Source of the DNA: Antedon mediterranea
Taxonomy: Eukaryota; Animalia; Echinodermata
DNA length: 64,000 bases
Assembly: GCF_964355755.1 (NCBI RefSeq)
Contig: NC_092671.1
Location: forward strand, 35,226,304 to 35,290,303
Direction: 5' to 3'
Each line of letters opens with the position of its first letter. The first letter of the stretch is position 1. Positions 24,401 to 39,400 of the stretch are shown here, in pieces. Position numbers and translations under genes: made by a program. The notes under the pieces were generated by a model. It was given only the letters and a program-made list of their open reading frames with translations, was not told the DNA's origin and ran no database searches.

Positions 24401-27400
24401 AGAATTATGTACTATTGTGTCTGCTGCCACCAATACTAGTACAATGATGACCAATATTACACACAATTTGTTTTCAGAGTAGAAATCACATTTTGGCAAT
24501 GGTATATGTTTTCAAAAGGACCAACTTCTTTACTTTCTAACTTTAAATTAAAGTTGAAAATTTGTTGTGAAAACATAACTTATACTACATTCCATATAAA
24601 CATGGAAAATACAATATCAATAATATTTGTTTACACAGTAGAACCCCTTTTAGGGGGACACTTTCAGGACTGAAAAACACGTGTTGCCTCAATAGAGGTG
24701 TTTCCTGAAAAAAGGTTGACTGAATTTTTAAAACATATATTTTCCCTCATTTGATTCACAGTAAAGTGTTCTCTTAAAAAAGTGGGTGTCTCCAAGGAGG
24801 GGTGACTCCAATGAGGGGTGTCTCCCAGGAGCGGTGACTCCAATGAGGGGTGTCTCCAAGGAGGGGTGTCTCCAAGGAAGGGTGTCTCCAAGGAGGGGTG
24901 TCTCCTAGGAGGGGTGTCTCCCAGGAGAGGTGTCTCCAAGGAGGGGTGTCTCCAAGGAGGCGTGTCTCAAAGAAGGGGATGTCTCCAAGAAGGGGATGTC
25001 TCCAAGGAGGGATGTCTCCAAGAAGGGGTGTCTCCAAGGAAGGAGGGGTGTCTCCAAGGAAACAGGGGTGTCTCCAAGGAAGGAGGGATGTCTCCAAGAA
25101 GGAGTGTTACTTACGTAAGCAGATGATGCCATCTCCTTCGTATCCGTTTTTGCATTCACATGTGTAGCTACCTACGGTGTTAGTGCACTTGCTGTTTCTA
25201 CCACATGTGGTATCTATCTTACATTCATTTATCTCTGAAATACAAACATTGACAAATTAATGTTTGTTGGGAGAGAGACACAGGTCACAGAAGATACTGA
25301 TAGCGATAGAAGATAGTTGACAAAATGGAAGCTCTAAAATTACGAACTCCCAGAAGACCTTAATGATGATCAAAACTGGAAATTTGAATCATTTAGTAAT
25401 CTTTATACAATACACAGATATGTTATTAGGAAAAAGGCATATATATTAATTAATTTTTGCTGTTGAATAGGCCATTTTAATGTTCCATAATAGTTTTTCA
25501 CTTTGACCAAAAATTGGATTTTAAAAAAAAACTGTTAATTAAAGCAAAACATAGTCAAATTGGCTGCCAGACAATGAGTTAAATTTAAAAGTGAAAAGTG
25601 ATTTAATAAAACTGCAAAATGGCCTATTCAAAATCTGATTTAATAATCCTTGTTTTTCATGTTTTTGGGGACAATACATCTCTAATTGTATCAAGTCCAT
25701 AACAAATTCTTATTTTATTTTATTATTTATTGAAAAAAAAAAACTGTCACATTATCTTTTAATTATTTTTGTCAAATTAAATGTAATGTGAGATTTTTTA
25801 TGATTACAATCTTAACACCTGTATGCAAACTAACAACACCTACCTGAGCAACTAAACAAATCTTCTCTTTCAAATCCTGGTAAGCACTGGCAAACGTACG
25901 AGCCTACGGTATTGGCACAAGTGGTACCATCATGGCAATGGTTGCCGTATTCTCCTCCTACTGTCTTGCATTCATCAATCTCCATACATTCACCATCTTT
26001 TTCTTTAAATCCATCTTGACAGATGCATTCATGTCCAAAGTCCATGTTGTGACAAACCTTATCATTTGAACATGTAGCTGTTGCGCAATAATCATGACCT
26101 ACACAACAAATTTACATATATGATTATGTACACCTGTATGCACATTCGTTCAAATAATATTCAAATTAGTCACAAATCTTATCATTTGAGCATGTAGCTG
26201 TTGCGTAGTAATCATGACCTACAACAAATTTACATATTTGATTATTTACACCTGTATGGACATATTTATTCAAATAATATTCAAATTAGCAAATCTTATC
26301 ATTTGAGCATATAGCTGTTGCTCAGTAATATTTATTCATATTTGATTGTTTTACACCTATATGGACATATTTAAAAAATTAGCAAATCTCTCATATAAAT
26401 CAGCATGTCTAAAATGCCAAACTGATGACATAAAACTAACCAGTTGATTAAAAATAAAAAATATACTAAATTTTGACCTGTACTGTTACAGAGTAGGACT
26501 AAGTAGATGTTTCATAAATTGTTAGCAACAGTGTCTAGCATGGACGGAAATGAGGGAAAAATTTATTTATATGAGAATTAAACAAAAAATAAGTAGATGG
26601 TGAATAAATTCACTACTTGTATTACTTTAGGTCCACATGGTCTTTGATGTTGACAGATATAAAGGCCTATAGTATAGTATAATACAATACAATGTTGATT
26701 GAATTTATATTTTGTGTTGTTTTTCAGCTTTTTTATTCAGAAATCGGAAGTCACTCAACACTTTACTTAGACTAAGCAGTTAAACAAACCTTTGGTTTTG
26801 TTTGAATGACTAGCCTGTAATTTATAAAGTTTTATAATTGAGGTGAGTTTATCGTTTTTATCTGGTTTTTATTCCATATAACATGGTTTTTATTAAAACT
26901 TATGAATTTCTACAAAGTAATAATCGTTATTTTTTGGGATTTAATGTGAGTCAGTGCATCTTTGAATTACAATCTTCAAATTTGTGCAAACTCCTAATGA
27001 ATAATCAAGCATGCATTCAACTAAACAATCCATCAATCAATCTATCTGTACATTATACAGATAAACCTTATGTACACATATACTCCCTAGGGGCCCAACA
27101 CCTCATATGCCCCCTTACGTATTATGCATATTGTATGTGGGAACATCACACCCATTTCTCATATTTGCATAGCCATTACAAACATAAAATCTAAGTCACC
27201 AAGGGATGATATTATTACAATTTAAACCCAACCAATTTATTTGAATTTTTATCTTACTTAATATATGTACCGGATCTCTTTCTACTTTTATGCTTTAATA
27301 TTGTTATTTCTCATATTTATTTAGATGTTATCTTTGTCATTCAATTTTATATTTATCTAATGTACTTTTATGTTCATCTTATACTATGTAAAATTCAATC

Positions 27401-30400
27401 TCTGTTTGATCAGATTGCAATAAAGATTATTTGAATTTGAAATACAGACATCCATACTTTAAAAAATAAAATATATATTTCACTATAAAAGCTATAGAAG
27501 GCGGTATAAAATTATACATAAATAAAAAAATACATCAAAATGTAAAGGGAACTCTTGAAATATAATGATTATTTAGAAGTAACTAAAAGTTGTACATAAA
27601 AATGGTTAGAAAATAACAATACCTCGACAATATGTACAACAGTCGGAGTCTCTGTAGATAACATCCCCTTCATCACACGACACTTGCGGACAGGGTGTTT
27701 TGGTTGCAGCTGTCACCATGCTACCATCCTATAGAGTGAATGTCAGATTTGTTTATGTGTGTTACCGAGAAATAAAATAATTAGTTTCCATGCTACCAAG
27801 CATGCTCCAAAAGAAGAATTATATCCAGGTACCATGCTACTAGAGAAATATTATATCTAGGTACCATGCTACTAGAAGTATTATACCCAGGTACCATGCA
27901 ACTAGAGAAGTATTATACCCAGGTACCATGCAACTAGAAGGATTATACCCAGGTACCATGCTACTAGTGAAGTATTATCAAAAGGTACCATGCTACTAAA
28001 GAGGTATTATCAAAAGGTACCATGCTACTATAGAAGGATTATACGCAGGTATCATGCTACTAGAAGGATTATACCCAGGTATCATGCTACTAGAAGGATT
28101 ATACCCAGGTACCATGCTACTAAAGAAGTATTATATCCAGGTACCATGCTACCAGAGAGGTATTTTCAAAAGGTACCATGCTACTATAGAAGAATTATAC
28201 CCAGGTACCATGCTACTAGAAGGATTATATCCACGTACCACCCATGCTACTACAGAAGAATTATTTCCAGGTACCATGCTACTAGAAGGATTATACCCAC
28301 GTACCACCCATGCTACTACAGAAGAATTATGTCCAGGTACCACTCTACCAGTAAATGATTATATTCATGTACCACGCTACAAGTAAATTAAAAGTGAAAA
28401 CAAAAATGCCTTACCAAACATTCCATTTCTATGCATCGTGATCCTTTACGAGCCATTCTTTCCAAGTGATCATACTGACTTCCACCATATATACAATAGT
28501 CTGCATTTGAAAAAAACATTAAAGACCATGTCAGTAATAATTTAATAGTAATTTATTTTATTGTTTACACTACAAAACTAGTTTGAAAAACAAGTGTGCC
28601 CAAATATGGTAGTGATATGCCCAAATATGGTAGGGACGTCATCATGTCCATATATGAGCACATCACATTTTTGTCACATAAAGTTTGATAGTGTAGACAG
28701 TGCTTTAAAGACTAAACAAAATGTAGTTAGTGTGTACTGTATTTTGACATTGTCCTAATTTTTTCCCCTTATATTAACAGACTTTACTAAGCTATTGCGC
28801 ATCAGACGGCATGATGACCAGGGTTTATAATAGACATTACTACGTCAACCTCAGTCATGTACTGTTTGATAAATAAAATAATTATCAGGTTGATGGTAAT
28901 TATTTGCATCAGTGATGCGTTCCCATAGGTTACTGCATGTTAATCCCGTAGCGTGAACTATTCTTAGAACTGGAGCAGTGAAAGAAAAATTGTTTTCACC
29001 TCAGGTTTTATAATTATAACTGACAATTATATAGTAATGTGTTAAGGGTATTGGGACTTGACTGGACAGTATTTCTTTGGATGTACGATTGTTGGGAACA
29101 AGAATGCTTGTTTAGCAAACCTATGTTTACAATTGGTCAGAAAATGTCCTCATGCAGATGGATTTCTTCATTAATTCAGTACATCTATGAATGGAAAACT
29201 TTAGGTGGCTGTAGGAACGCAGCAAACAAAATACAATACTGTGACAATCATTTGTGGAATATCCTTGTAAATTCTATACCGTTATTACTTTTAATACAGC
29301 ACATTTCTGAATGGAAAACTTTAGGTGGCTGTAGCAATGCAGTAACCAAATACAATACTATGATGTCTACAGTATACAGTACCATTATTACTTTTATTGC
29401 TATTTTATGATATTGTTAGCTTCTTATTAACATAGATATTTATTAATATTTATTACTATAACTATTCGAATCTTTTATTATGTTTGAAAAAAACATTTTA
29501 AAATGTTTTAGGACAATGTCTTTGATAAGGCTGCCTGTTTTTACATATACAGTAAACCTATAAATCTATATGATTATTATTGTTATTGCAATTTTATGAT
29601 ATTGTTAGATTTTTTAGTAACATAAATATTTAGTAATATTTACTACAATAACTATTTGGATTCATTTATTATGTTTAAAAAAAACATTTTAAAATGTTTT
29701 TGATATGGCCGTCTGTTTTCACATCTAAAATGTTTTCCCAACATACGTGGTATATAATGTTTTCACATTAGTCTTTACTCTATGACTATTAAAGAAACAG
29801 TATGCTTCTTTATAGTAGTCAATAAAAACCAAAGTATTTATCATGTTTTTATTAGGATAGTTGGATATTGATACAACAAGCATTAATACATGTTTAATGA
29901 CATGCCGCTGCGGCCTCTCATTACTATCTCCGAATGATACTGATAAATGAAACTGACAAAAAGCTCTTTTCAGATTTCTTTCCCTTTGATAGGATATTCT
30001 ATTGTTCTATATTACACAAGTTGATTTGTTTGTGTAATTGAAAATGTAACTTGACAGTGATTTATGATTAAAGACACCTTCCCTACAATTTGTGACGTTT
30101 TGTATAATAATACATATATATTACTTTAAAAACATTAAACCAGGTCATTCCTTGTCTTAAATGTACGTTTTATGTACTTATTTTTCACATTTTTAACCGT
30201 TTAAAGACGAAAAAAGTTATTGCAATAGGACGATATATTTATATGATTAAAAATTATATATTCATTTTTTTAAAATTATGTTCCATTATTCTTTAATACT
30301 GCTAAAGCTGGGTTCCCATTTGGATGTAACACAATGTAGGCGCAAAGCAAGTTAGTTGACCAATCATAAGTGAGAATTCGGATTGTCCATTGCTTTATGA

Positions 30401-33400
30401 TTGGTCAGTCCTTCTTGCATTGTATTCAAGTAGGAACGTTACTGTATGAGTGAAAATTCATAAAATAGAATTTGGAATGAAGTTGGAAGTTACATTGTTG
30501 TATTTTATTAGAAAATTAACATTGGGCTAGAAAATATAGCATTAAAAATGATATACATATTTATATAAATATGAGATGTTATTATAAGAGTATATCTAAC
30601 ATTACTTGGAAAATCTAACATTACTTGGAAATCAGCTGTAATCTTCTCATACTCTCAATTTTGTCTGTTGCCTATACTGACAATTAGAACTCACATCAAA
30701 TGCATTATGCAGCTACTAAATAGGGTATGTGATTCCCCTGCATCATAACTCATGCTTTGTGACGGCCTTGAGAATAATGTCTCTACATCAAAACAAATGT
30801 TTTTAGGCCATCATTCATATCAGAAATGAAGTTGACTGATTGATACTATTTCAACATTTATGTTCCATGAAGAGTCCCATAAAGTGTGTTCACAATGTGT
30901 GCATAAAGTTGATCAAAATTAATTATACATTATTTGGTTGGGAAGGTGTCTTCTAGTGAGGGAAGGGGAGGTGTCTTCTAGTGAGGGAAGGGGAGGTGTC
31001 TTCTAGTGAGGGAAGGGGAGGTGTCTTCTAGTGAGGGAAGGGGAGGTGTCTTCTAGTGAGGGAAGGGGAGGTGTGTTCTAGTGAGGAAAGGGGAGGTGTC
31101 TTCTAGTGAAAGAAGGGGAGGTGTCTTCTAGTGAGGAAAGGGGAGGTGTCTTCTAGTGAAAGAAGGGGAGGTGTCTTCTAGTGAAAGAAGGGGAGGTTTC
31201 TTCTAGTGAGGGAAGTAGGGGGGGGGGGGGATGTGGAAAATGACCCCCATATTCTAATTATGCAACAATAGTATGATACCCTTGATAATATTATGAACAT
31301 AGTAAGTATAGTATAAGTAGTATAAAGCCACTACTAAATATTATAATGATGATCAAATAACTATCGACCGAAACATCGAATCATATGGATTTCTTCTCGT
31401 TATTTGGAGTAAGTAATATACTATGTTATTTAAACATAATCAGTGCATTTCTTGGTTTTTACTCAAGGTGCACTTTCTTTTTTCCCCATTCATTTCATAA
31501 GCATCCAACAGCAAGTAACTCACCAATTACATGATGGATAAACTACTATATAATTTATTGTGCTTATAAATCTCATTTGATGCTTAGGGAGTGGAGTTGA
31601 AAACAGTTGTAGAAATATGTCAGGATTAAACCCTGGAACTACGTCAGGATTGAACCCTGACACTAGGTCAGGATTGAACCCTGGACCTTGGGATTGGAAG
31701 GCAAGCATGTTAATGATGAACCCTTCCATCTAAATCCACCATGACACCTACAGTATGGTACCTATGATACATCAACACAACCTACTCCAGGTATGTCTTC
31801 TACATTTACTATTGCAGAGAGAATCTAATTTTTGTATTAAAAAAAAACGGTTTACAAATACCTTTACATACGGGACAGCATTCACCTTCCTCTTTTACTG
31901 GGTTTTTACAGTTTGGAGCTGGACAAGTCATCGGACCACAGGATACTTTTCCTTCCTAAAATGGTAATGGTTATTATTTATAAATTCAATAAAAACAAAT
32001 AAAACAATTGGTAGCTATAGAAATTAATTTAGAAGTAAACTCATCTAACAACCTCATCCCACTCTGCCCTGCCTGAGAGAGCAGATTGATAACTTACCGA
32101 ACAAGTACAATTATCGCAGCGATCAATCCAAGTTTCACCGTGCTGGTATGTGATATCATTTACCGTACAGCTCTGCACACAGCCGCAGGTCTCAAGGGCA
32201 GAGATTCGTCGCTCAGCAACAGACAACTGTAAAAAAACAAACAAAAAATATACAATAAATAAAAAAAAGAAATATTAAAGTATTATTACCAAATAAACGT
32301 TTTGGCTATTTCAAAATTGTTAGCAACAAAAGACAAATTTTGTTGTGACGACAGAATGTGCTTTTGGGCCATATTCTTATAAAATTTGGGTCACACAGAG
32401 AGATCATCATAATGTTATTGATTAGATTGTGCCTGCCACTGTACTGGGTTTAAAATCATGAAAATAAACCAAATGTATATGAATATAATATTAAGTCAAA
32501 TATTTAGAATACTTTTAATTTAAGAACAAAACTATCTCTTTTCCTTAAGCTCTGTCTACACTATCAAACTAGTTTGACAAAAAAAGTGTGATGTGCCCAA
32601 ATATGTTCGTGATATTCCGAAATATGACAGTGTTTTGACATCATTATGTCCATATATAGGAACATCACATTTTTTTGTCACATGCAATTTGATAGTGTAG
32701 ACAGAGCTTACTATTGTAGTAATACCATAAAATAATTTATTATTAAATGAATACATTATTTTATGAGGCGTTTTATTCTTTTGGAAGAGAGTTGAATTAG
32801 GCTATGTAATGCTATGTTAATTCATTTTTTTAGTGGCTTTTGGCTAAAGCAATATATTTTATAATCTATGACATGGTTTTTTAAATAGTTTAAAGGAATT
32901 ATATAAAAAAAAAGTATGTTCACATCTTAAATTTTAGTAAAGCATAAAAAACGGAGGCCATGTTATATTGCTCTTTAAAAAAACTCATAAACTGGAGTAA
33001 CATATGTTAAGCTGTTGTACATGTTGAATGCAATTCGCTTTCATATTTTCAAACTAGTACTGTACTCCCAAACTTGATGTGCGTCTTAAATTGCTTCTAC
33101 AACCACTGAAACATTTGCCCGTTTCACTCTCTGGAGGTTTTATGCGATCTCGAGAACACGCAAATTCGTTTGAAAGCTATCAGCTATTGATGATGATAAT
33201 TGATGATAGGAGAATTGTATCTGTATTGAAGATGGAAATAATTCCAGGGAGTAATTTGTAATGACTTTGAGTGCACTAGCTTGTTAGTATTATACAGGAT
33301 ACTATATTATAATGCTCAATATTTTGCAGTTATCAAACAAAGAAAGACAAAACAATTCAAAATAAATGATAATTCTGTGATAATATGAACTATCAAGACT

Positions 33401-36400
33401 TATACTTAATATAAAAGATAACAAATTAACAAATAAAGCTCTGTCTACACTATCAAACTTGATGTGACAAAAAAATATAATGATCTCATATCACTACCAT
33501 ATTTAAGCATATCAATACCATATTTGGGCACATGACTTTTTTGTTGGTCACATAAAGTTTGATAGTGTAGACAGAGCTTTAGCAATAAATAACAATAACA
33601 AAATTCTCAATACCATATTGTACAAGTCATTGTCAGTAAAAGTTAATTGAACAATTCCATCATTAAAAGACCTGGATTATACAGAACGCCTAAAACGACT
33701 AAATCTACCAACATTGGCCTTTAGAAGATTACGAGGAGATATGATTCAAGTTTTTAAAATGGTGACAGGCCTAAGTGGTAGTGGAATGCGTAACTTCTTC
33801 CCTATGAAAACATACGAGAGAAACCTAAGAAGACATGGATACACCATATATAAGCGACGACCTAAACTGGATATCCGCAAGTACAATTTTTCTTACAGAA
33901 TTGTTAACCTATGGAATAGTCTACCAGAGGAAGCCGTTAACACCACCACAGTAAACGCCTTTAAAAATAAACTTGATAAATTCATTGAAAGAAAATACAA
34001 CAAATTTACTTTTATGGGATAAAGTGTATTGCAGAAGAATTTAAATCAAGGAAACGAATGAAAAAAACAAAAACAAAAAAAAAACCATGCAGTGATGACT
34101 TGATGAAATTGGGAGGGCATGACATGTACCATACAGAAATGTATGGTCTACTTACGAGCCCGACAAGACAGGTGATTACAGGTGAACAATACCAGGAAGA
34201 AGGCTATTTGCATGAATAAACAGGTAAACAAGAAAAGGATGCAATTACATTATAATATTAATCTGACTCCTAATTCCCCCATCCCTATTTAAGAAAAATG
34301 TGGACACAATTCCATTGTTATTTCAAAGAGTACAATCCTACAACCAAATTTTGAAAAATCAAATGCTCTATCTACACTATCAAACTTTATGTGATAAAAA
34401 AGTGATGTGGCCCATATATGGACATGATGATGTCATATCACTAATATATTTGGGCACATCACTACCATATTTGGGCACATCATACTTTTTTGTCAAACTA
34501 GTTTGATAGTATAGACAGAGCTTTACATAGCCTCCTGGAATTATACTTGGTCATATACTGTACATAATAATAGTTAGCCCCAAGAAATGGAGAAATTATT
34601 TTATATAAGCACTGATTAGATTTAGACAAAAAGAAAAAGATAACAAAAACAAAACAATCAACGGAAGTTCCATATTTTGGTTTTATGTCTGTCATGAGAT
34701 TCGAACCATCGACCTTACCTACCTACGGCAAGTTTCATACAGTTAAACCACATAAGGTTTTTTTATCTACATAGCTACATATCAAATCTTAATATATGTT
34801 TTAATAAATCTGCATCCAGCTGACATTATCCATAATTGTCTAAGCATAAGTAAAAAAAAATCAATGTGAACATCTTAATTAAGACGCCTACCTGATGCTG
34901 TAACTTCTGCACGACTTCTTCCAATTCAGTTACCATGCCAACCATCGACAGGTATTCGCCGCAGGTCGGGCAATTACGGTCAAGCTCTGGACATTGATGG
35001 AGAAATCCATGATTTGCAACAACAAGTTTCACTTCTTGCACAATTCCCTAAAATCATACATTAAAAAACGGATAGACTTAATAAAGATAGTGAATTTGAT
35101 TAAAATGTTATATATTTATTCGTTCGTTCAGGAATCCAATCTTTAATTCATTTAATAATTCATTTATTTAATCTCCTATTCGATCAACTATTATCTTTAA
35201 AAATGTATACAGATTACAGCATTTATTTATTTGGAACAAATGGCCTTGGGCTAAGCGCAAGCAACAGGTACGTCTGGTCAAACTAATGTCTACAAGTAGC
35301 CTTGAAAAGTAATGTAAAGCTCTGTCTACACTATCAAACTAGTTTGACAAAAAAAGTGTGATGTGCCCAAATATGGTAGTGATATGCTTAAATATGGTAG
35401 AGATTTGACATCATCATGCCCATATATGGGCACATCACATTTTTTTGTCACATGTTTGATAGTGTAGACAGAGCTTTATATGTAGAAATATACAGAATAT
35501 CTTTTAACTTGCGCATTCTGTATAGTTATATTTTTGCAGTGTTTTTATTTTTAAATTGTATAAATGTTAATAATATAAAATTTGATGTATAGGCCTATAG
35601 TATTGTAACTTTGAAAATCAGTGTATTTCTAATGAAATTGTATTTCATTTAAAATTAAAATAAAAATGGGGGCAGATGCAGGATTTTTTAAATACTGATG
35701 GATCACTAACTTATATAGTATTATTATTCTGTGAAATATAGAAATATATTAAAAATTAGTTCATAATTTCATTTTAGCTGTCAAAAAAAGGGGGAAATGA
35801 ATGCCTCCCAAGCCCTCTAGATCCGCCCTTGTTTTATTCTTTATTATTATATCTGCATTCAACAAATTCTGTAGAACATTTCCTATTCAGGAAAACGTCT
35901 ATTAAGGCGACGCTTTCATATGAAACACTGTGGCCAAACCTCTATTCACACAACATCACTATTAAGGCGACGCTTTGTTTTGGTCCCAATGGTGTCTTAT
36001 TTCAATAAGGGTCCTTCTAACTAAAATATATTCAATCTTTCATTTTTATAATTTTTTTTTGGAAGAATTAACATCAAGTTTGTTCTGTGTTTTGTGGAAA
36101 TATTCTTGCTTTTTGCATTGCAATTAATGACCATAAAGAATAAATAATATTTTATCATCTAAAACTAAAATATATTCGTTCTTTCATTTTTATAATTTTC
36201 TCTGGAAAAATTGACATCAAGTTTGTTCTGTGTTTTATATTTTGTGGAAAATTATGCAATACAAATTTGAGTAAAGCAATAGTCTTGCTTTTCACAATGC
36301 AATTAATCAGCATATAGAATAAATAATATTTTATCATTAAAATGCATTTCTTCCAATATGTGTCTTTTGTACATTATCAAACAATTAATTAACATATGAT

Positions 36401-39400
36401 TGTTCTAGTTAAAGTATTTGTTTCAATATAAATTGCAAGTTTCAATTTTAATCTTGTATACATTTACATCATAAAGCTATACAGACAAGACAAAAAGAAT
36501 TGAGAGAAAGAATTCTCATGCAACTACGAATAATCAGTAATAATCAAGGGATTTACTATCTAATAAACAAACACATCTATCAACTTACGGTAAATCGTAG
36601 TTTAGACGGTCCCCTTTGACCCAGCCAGATGTTCAGGTTTTTATTACGTATATCTGTATCTGGAATGAGAATGCGTCTTTCCGCGACCTTTACACAGTTT
36701 ACGTACAGAGTGACGTGAGAACCGCTGACGCTAACTGCAACCTTGTGCCATTGGTTGATTGCGAACTCTTGGTCGAAGCCTTCGTTGTAAATCTTGTTCT
36801 GATGTGTGTAGAAAAACGTTACTTCATTTGTTTTTGTGCTTATCATGACCTCCAAGAATCTAAACAAATTAAAGTTTAAATTTACAACATTATAAATAAT
36901 ATATAACAATTAAATGTGTATATTTATAGTAAAACAAATGCATGTATAACAACAAACACATTGTATAAAGTTTAACACTTTTGTACAAGTACCGAAAATC
37001 ATCACTTGCTCCACCCTTGATCCCATTCTTTGCTCCACCCCTGGTTCCATTTCTTGCTCCACCCCTGGTCCCATTCCTTGCACCATCCCAGGTCCCATCA
37101 CTTGCTCCACCCCTGGCCCCATTCCTTGCACCACCCCAGGTCCCATCACTTGCTCCACCCCTGGTCCCATTCCTTGCACCACCCCAGGTCCCATCACTTG
37201 CTCCACCCCTGGTCCCATCACTTGCTTCACCCCTGGTCCTATCCATTGCTCCATCCCTCATTCCATGCAATATCTATCCATTTGCATACAGATTTTTAAA
37301 TATTTCATCCATTTTATTAGGTATTTCTTGGCCCTACATACAACTCACACAATAGAAGAATCAACTCATCGCATCACAACAATCCTATAACCTCATCTTC
37401 TAAGACTAGTTGCTCAGGGCAACCTAATTATCTATTATTAAAATAAACATTTCAACCACCTCAATATCGATAAAAGTTTCAACTTGGAGCTTATAATCAG
37501 AGATAAATATTTATATTGCATAGAAATTCTAATTCTCGTACAAACATAAAGCGAAAAAGACATAAACATTCATAGCGGCTGAAAACGACATGACTTTCGG
37601 CTAGGAAGACACTCAACGAATCAATAGTTAAGTTGCACCTGTCAGATGGTATCTTTATAAGTATAATCACTTATCTTGTCAAGTGTTTGAGCTTGACACA
37701 TGCTCATAATAAAGGGTATTTAGCTATAATACTGATGCAATAGATGAGCCTCCAATAAAAAAATATATATAATTGATGCTATTTTATTTATTTTTTCAAG
37801 ATCCAACAGTGTATCACCAATATGGGATTGCCACATAATATAACATTTGATTTACATAAAAATATATTAGGAAAAAAAAGATTTATATATTATTTATGAC
37901 ATAAAAATGTCAATGTCGTAAGGATAACATATGAACAAATTCATTACATGATTGGGCAACCCGACATACGCTGGAGTAAACTCCAAACTTTTTACAACTT
38001 TTTGCATTTCTTTTGTTTTCCTCCACTAGTGTAGGTCGTTTAGTGTCAAACAAAAAACAAATTTGACAATTTAAAATTAAAAATGGCAGGCACCCGATAC
38101 TCTAAAAATAAAAAACATATAAATTAAAAAATATTAAATAAAAATGTTTTTTTTAACAAGCAAAACCATTATTTTTTCTCCGATTTTCTTAGTCTTTTTT
38201 TCCATGACAAGATTAAATTTAAAAAAAAACAACAAAAAAACATCTGTTAATAACATGTATGTACTATAATATAGTCTTAGTGAATAACATTATCATTACA
38301 AAATGTCTTATGGTACTCAAAGATTATTTTCATCTTTATTTTAAATTATTTTTTGAGGGACAATACATTTTTCTAGTCTCAAAGGACCTATTAAGATGTA
38401 GAAATATGAAAAATAAAAATGAATAATTTAATAATATTAATTTTGATGTTTTAATATGAATTTTGAGACTACCTTTTTATATAACAAGTAATTAAAAATC
38501 AAATTATATCAGGTTTTGTAACACCTTGATATCCTTAGAGGCTTTAAACGTTGTAAGGTTGAAGGCGATGATAGCAAAACGCATACAGGCAATAAAGCCT
38601 GAATAAAGCCGCGAATCTGTACTGTATGGTTGAACAGAAACGACAAGTACATTGATTAGGTACTGTTCATTCTAACGACTCCGCAGAGAGTTGGTTAAAT
38701 TGTCTAGATGCCCTTCTGACTAACTCAATTAATTTATAGATGACAAAAATGATGTTGCTTTAGCACTAGGGAAATTAAGACTGTAAAATAATGCTAAATG
38801 GCCTTTTCACTTGGTATAAAAATAATGTTTATTTTAGTATAAAATATGAATGGATTCAAAATTAGTATCGTCATTAAATAGGTTTACTGTTTATTATATA
38901 AATATGTCATATTTCAATTTAACTAAAGTCTTAATTATTTTTTGAGAATTAAGTGTTTAAAGTTCTTTATAACAATTCCATCCGAAGGACAACAACACAA
39001 TGAGAGAAAATCTAAGAATAAGTAGTCAGGTCTCAAGCCCAAAGCCTCAAATGCGAGTCATATTCGCATGCTTTTACGATATATCACTGTCATCTCCATT
39101 AGATCAACGAAGGTAAATAACATAAATACCAATATTATAATAAGAAAACAAAAACAATCGTTCTTACAATAGTAAATAATTCAACTAATTTAAATTACTG
39201 TAATTATAGATAGAAAAGCAAAACAAAAGTTGAAGTGAAAGCAAAAACAATTTTGAAATCTAAAACTCTGTCTACACTATCAAACTTTATGTGAAAACAA
39301 TATGATGTTCCAATATATGGACATAATGATATCATATCAATACCATATTTAGTCACATCACACTTTTTTGTCAAACTAGTTTGATAGTGTAGACAGAGCT

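Noticed and set aside
24664-25167. Six overlapping ORFs rich in SPRR/ETP repeats (protamine-like appearance)
   Set aside because: Translation artefacts of the 16-20 bp minisatellite, open on both strands.
27990-28386. ORFs with RYHATRRIIP repeats
   Set aside because: Product of the 30-bp intronic minisatellite.
36890-37355. Gly-, Pro- or His-rich repeat ORFs resembling structural proteins
   Set aside because: A 24-bp stop-free minisatellite read in several frames; no splice or domain support.
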